NCBI GenBank assembly: GCA_035403965.1 | Contig: DAONGE010000004.1 | Coordinates: 18,306 to 82,305 of the forward strand | Direction: 5' to 3' | From: Candidatus Omnitrophota bacterium | GTDB taxonomy: Bacteria; Omnitrophota; Gorgyraeia; Tantalellales; Tantalellaceae | Length of the DNA: 64,000 nucleotides | Part shown: piece by piece, positions 61,509 to 64,000 of the stretch | How positions within the stretch are numbered: the stretch's first letter is position 1 | Layout of the letters: each line of letters opens with the position of its first letter | Notes under the pieces: model-generated | Database searches by the model: none | Told to the model about the DNA's origin: nothing | Seen by the model: only the letters and a program-made list of their open reading frames with translations | Position numbers and translations under genes: made by a program

Positions 61509-62541
61509 TAACCTTCGCCAAAACCTTGTTCATAGCGCAATAACCCGGCTCCGGATTAAACATGTCGCCCATATGCTCAAGATTAAGCCCCAAACATTTA
61601 TTGCGAGGACACCGTTTATACAACTCGCAATCCTCACAGAACCTGCCGAGAAACTGCTCCCGATTAGCGTCTATCTCCCAAACGTAATCAAGTTTTGAGT
61701 AATCAATTCCCTCATACACTGACCCAAGTTTGTTATGCCTGCAGATATACATGTTGTCGCACTGCCAGATGCCACCCTCGGTATCAATAAAAAGCCGCTC
61801 AAGCCCTGTCCTGCAAAAATGAAATTCCCGCACCTGCGCCTTTAACCCGAACTCCCGCACATAAGCGTTGCTATGAAGCGCCGGGTTTAATGTTTGAAAC
61901 ATCTCAGCGTCCCGCTCATGCTCAATGAGCAACTCGAAATACTGATCAGCGAACCTCTCCAAATCTTCACGGCTGTGATCGTGCCTTGTGGCGAGGTCAA
62001 TCGTGATATTGCGGGTGATGTTCTCTGCGATAAAATCAAAATCCTCTTTCAGCTTCTCATACTCCACAACCATGAAATTAACGTTGTGATTCGGATTCTC
62101 CCTGACCAGATTCAGCATCCACGACTCAGCCTGCGCCTTCCCTTGAGGCCCGCCGTATTTTTCATAACAGTTCCCAAACGACCACGTGATCCCAATATTG
62201 CGATGCTTTGAGAAAAACTTATACATGCGCTCATCGACCAACGCTCCGTTTGTGTTCATATGAAAGAGCATCTGCGGATACTTCTCCATCACATGCTGGA
62301 TAACCTCGAAATTAACCGTTGGCTCACCACCCCAAAAATAAATAGTGAACTTAGGTGCGAGCTTGAGCTTTGAGAAACAAAAATCTAATATGTCATCCGC
62401 TATCTGCTTGGACATCTTCACAGGCCCGAGCGTTGATATCTTGTTGCGCTCAAACAATCCCCTGCGGTAGCAAAACGAGCAATTGGCGTTGCAGGCGTGC
62501 GTCAAATACAGATACACTGACTTGTAAATCGGAATCCTCAT
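61456..62541 (-). CDS. radical SAM/SPASM-domain enzyme 2 (paralog)
   Basis: CNANCSFC cluster plus SPASM (CRTGLERLFIDTEGGIWQCDNMY, CEDCELYKRCPRNKC). Confidence 0.8.
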   Translation of the reverse strand: MRIPIYKSVYLYLTHACNANCSFCYRRGLFERNKISTLGPVKMSKQIADDILDFCFSKLKLAPKFTIYFWGGEPTVNFEVIQHVMEKYPQMLFHMNTNGALVDERMYKFFSKHRNIGITWSFGNCYEKYGGPQGKAQAESWMLNLVRENPNHNVNFMVVEYEKLKEDFDFIAENITRNITIDLATRHDHSREDLERFADQYFELLIEHERDAEMFQTLNPALHSNAYVREFGLKAQVREFHFCRTGLERLFIDTEGGIWQCDNMYICRHNKLGSVYEGIDYSKLDYVWEIDANREQFLGRFCEDCELYKRCPRNKCLGLNLEHMGDMFNPEPGYCAMNKVLAKVIDKYIQLEKEKKEAVNV

Positions 62542-63755
62542 GCCCGCCCCTTGTAATAAAGCGTATCGACTCCAGTCTCGATCGCTTTCTTTACGATATA
62601 CTCATACGTCGCAGTCTCAATCCGATTCGCCCAGCAATGATTCGGCGCTGGCTTTAACGGATTGCCGGTGACGGTGTAATTCTCCGCCAAACACATCGCC
62701 CTTGGACAACACCTGATATCGCCGTCAAAACAAACCTCGCAATCCCGGCAATGCTCATACAGCTCATCAATCCAATCGCCCATCTTCTTGAAAAAGAACG
62801 CTGTGTCGTTAAACCCGTTCCGCACATCGCCAATCTTAAACTCCGGATAATTAGCGAAGAAATCGCAAGGATAAATCTCGCCTTTATTGTTCACCGCAAG
62901 ATATAAATATCCGCACCCGCAAAAAGTCGGCGGCACGTCCTTAAGCGGCATTCCCTTCATCTTGCGGTAAATGTTATTCTTCAATGCTATATCCCACTGA
63001 CTCCTGCCAAACTTCGGCTGGTCGCTAAAATAAACGTAATCCGCAATGCGTTTGAATAAATCCTTGAACTGCTCGTTCTTATTCCTAACCATATCCCAAT
63101 GCCGGGCAGATGATACCCTCACGATCGGCACACCGTATTCATACAACCGAATAATCTCCTCATAAATCCCCGGACGCTCCGGGTCATCAACCACGTAATG
63201 CACATCCCCGCCGTTGGCTTTAACCAAATCGAGCACCGCCTTGGCTTTATCCAAATAACCATCACCCAAAACACTGCGTAACGCCGACACGCTGACGCTC
63301 AAATTTAAATGATATTTGTGCCGCAATACCCATTCCCTGACATCCTCATTCTCCAAAAGCACAAGACCGTTCGTGGTGACAACGTAACGATACATGCAAT
63401 AGGTATCACAAAGATATCGAACCATCGGGAAATTCAAAAACGGTTCACCGCCAAAGATGCTGAACTTAATCCTGCGTTCATTGAACGTCCGGGAAACCCA
63501 GTCCATCGTTGAATCGATAACATCCTGCGTAATACCGGTATCCTTCTGTCTGAACTCTTTAGGCTGATAACAATAGGCGCATCGCAGATTGCAATCCTGC
63601 GTCATGAGAAAATACACTGTGGTGTATTCCTGCTTGCCGTCCGTTATCGAGTCGATATCAAACATCCCCTCGTCTTTATACCGCTTGATAACATCCCTGC
63701 ACTGTAACGGCAGGTCACCGGCCGCCTTGCTGTTCTTAAGTTCAAATACCGCCAT
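62538..63755 (-). CDS. radical SAM/SPASM-domain enzyme 3 (paralog)
   Basis: CNLRCAYC cluster plus SPASM (CGCGYLYLAVNNKGEIYPCDFF, CRDCEVCFDGDIRCCPRAMC). Confidence 0.8.
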   Translation of the reverse strand: MAVFELKNSKAAGDLPLQCRDVIKRYKDEGMFDIDSITDGKQEYTTVYFLMTQDCNLRCAYCYQPKEFRQKDTGITQDVIDSTMDWVSRTFNERRIKFSIFGGEPFLNFPMVRYLCDTYCMYRYVVTTNGLVLLENEDVREWVLRHKYHLNLSVSVSALRSVLGDGYLDKAKAVLDLVKANGGDVHYVVDDPERPGIYEEIIRLYEYGVPIVRVSSARHWDMVRNKNEQFKDLFKRIADYVYFSDQPKFGRSQWDIALKNNIYRKMKGMPLKDVPPTFCGCGYLYLAVNNKGEIYPCDFFANYPEFKIGDVRNGFNDTAFFFKKMGDWIDELYEHCRDCEVCFDGDIRCCPRAMCLAENYTVTGNPLKPAPNHCWANRIETATYEYIVKKAIETGVDTLYYKGRA

Positions 63756-63993
63756 CGATCCTCCAAATCAATTTGCTAAGACCCGCCTCGATCTCAACAA
63801 TATCCATCCCGAGTCTTTCCGAAAATACCTGCCGGTGTTGATCGGTAATATCGCCCACGTGTGAGGCGTAAAGGTTATCCCTATGCTTCCCGGCAACAAA
63901 TAAAACGAAGTTTGAGATATTGCCATTCTCTCCCTCAACGCCAAGATCCTGATAAACCTGACGCAAGACATCAACGAAAGCCTGAACACTCAT
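63742..63993 (-). CDS. hypothetical protein upstream of the radical-SAM trio (possibly truncated by the window edge)
   Basis: 83 aa as listed. Overlaps the start of rSAM 3. The frame may continue beyond position 64000. Confidence 0.35.
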   Translation of the reverse strand: MSVQAFVDVLRQVYQDLGVEGENGNISNFVLFVAGKHRDNLYASHVGDITDQHRQVFSERLGMDIVEIEAGLSKLIWRIDGGI

Positions 63994-64000
63994 AAATCTC

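Noticed and set aside
46400-64000. Integrase, transposase or other recombinase marking the island as an active mobile element
   Set aside because: No ORF in the window shows tyrosine/serine recombinase or DDE transposase motifs. The island-boundary inference rests only on tRNA-like fragments and composition.

Overview
This 64-kb window comes from an AT-leaning, Lys-rich genome of an apparently strictly anaerobic, Gram-negative-type environmental bacterium. Supporting this, it encodes the class III anaerobic ribonucleotide reductase NrdDG, LpxD/HldD for LPS, a PEP-CTERM protein, and many c-di-GMP/PilZ proteins.

Positions 1-46,200 are mostly core or accessory chromosome: a purine operon (purE-purD-purM-purB, and purN), cdaA, eno, ftsB, lpxD, hldD, HU, nrdDG, and five tRNAs (fMet, Thr, Arg, Val, Asp). 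It also holds a two-component hybrid kinase, exosortase-type secreted proteins, and a long co-directional cluster of small redox and methyltransferase enzymes.

The region is punctuated by an unusual family of tRNA-adjacent mosaic repeats. Three copies consist of a conserved ~38-nt motif enclosed by hairpin stems whose sequences differ between copies but stay complementary. Tandem repeats derived from the tRNA-Arg trailer are also present.

Positions 46,400-64,000 look like a composite genomic or defence island of differing base composition, bordered by tRNA 3'-end-like fragments. It contains three modules. The first is a six-gene translationally coupled operon (DUF2188, a DUF4268-like PD-(D/E)xK protein, two large unknown proteins, a second PD-(D/E)xK protein, and an MBL/beta-CASP nuclease). 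I consider this operon the best candidate for an undescribed defence system. The second is an AT-rich restriction-modification module with a two-ORF endonuclease and two DNA methyltransferases. The third is an operon of small phage- or lysis-like proteins followed by three tandem paralogous radical-SAM/SPASM enzymes that runs off the window edge.

One further oddity: nrdD is interrupted by a single in-frame TAA that separates the glycyl-radical C-terminal domain from the catalytic body.
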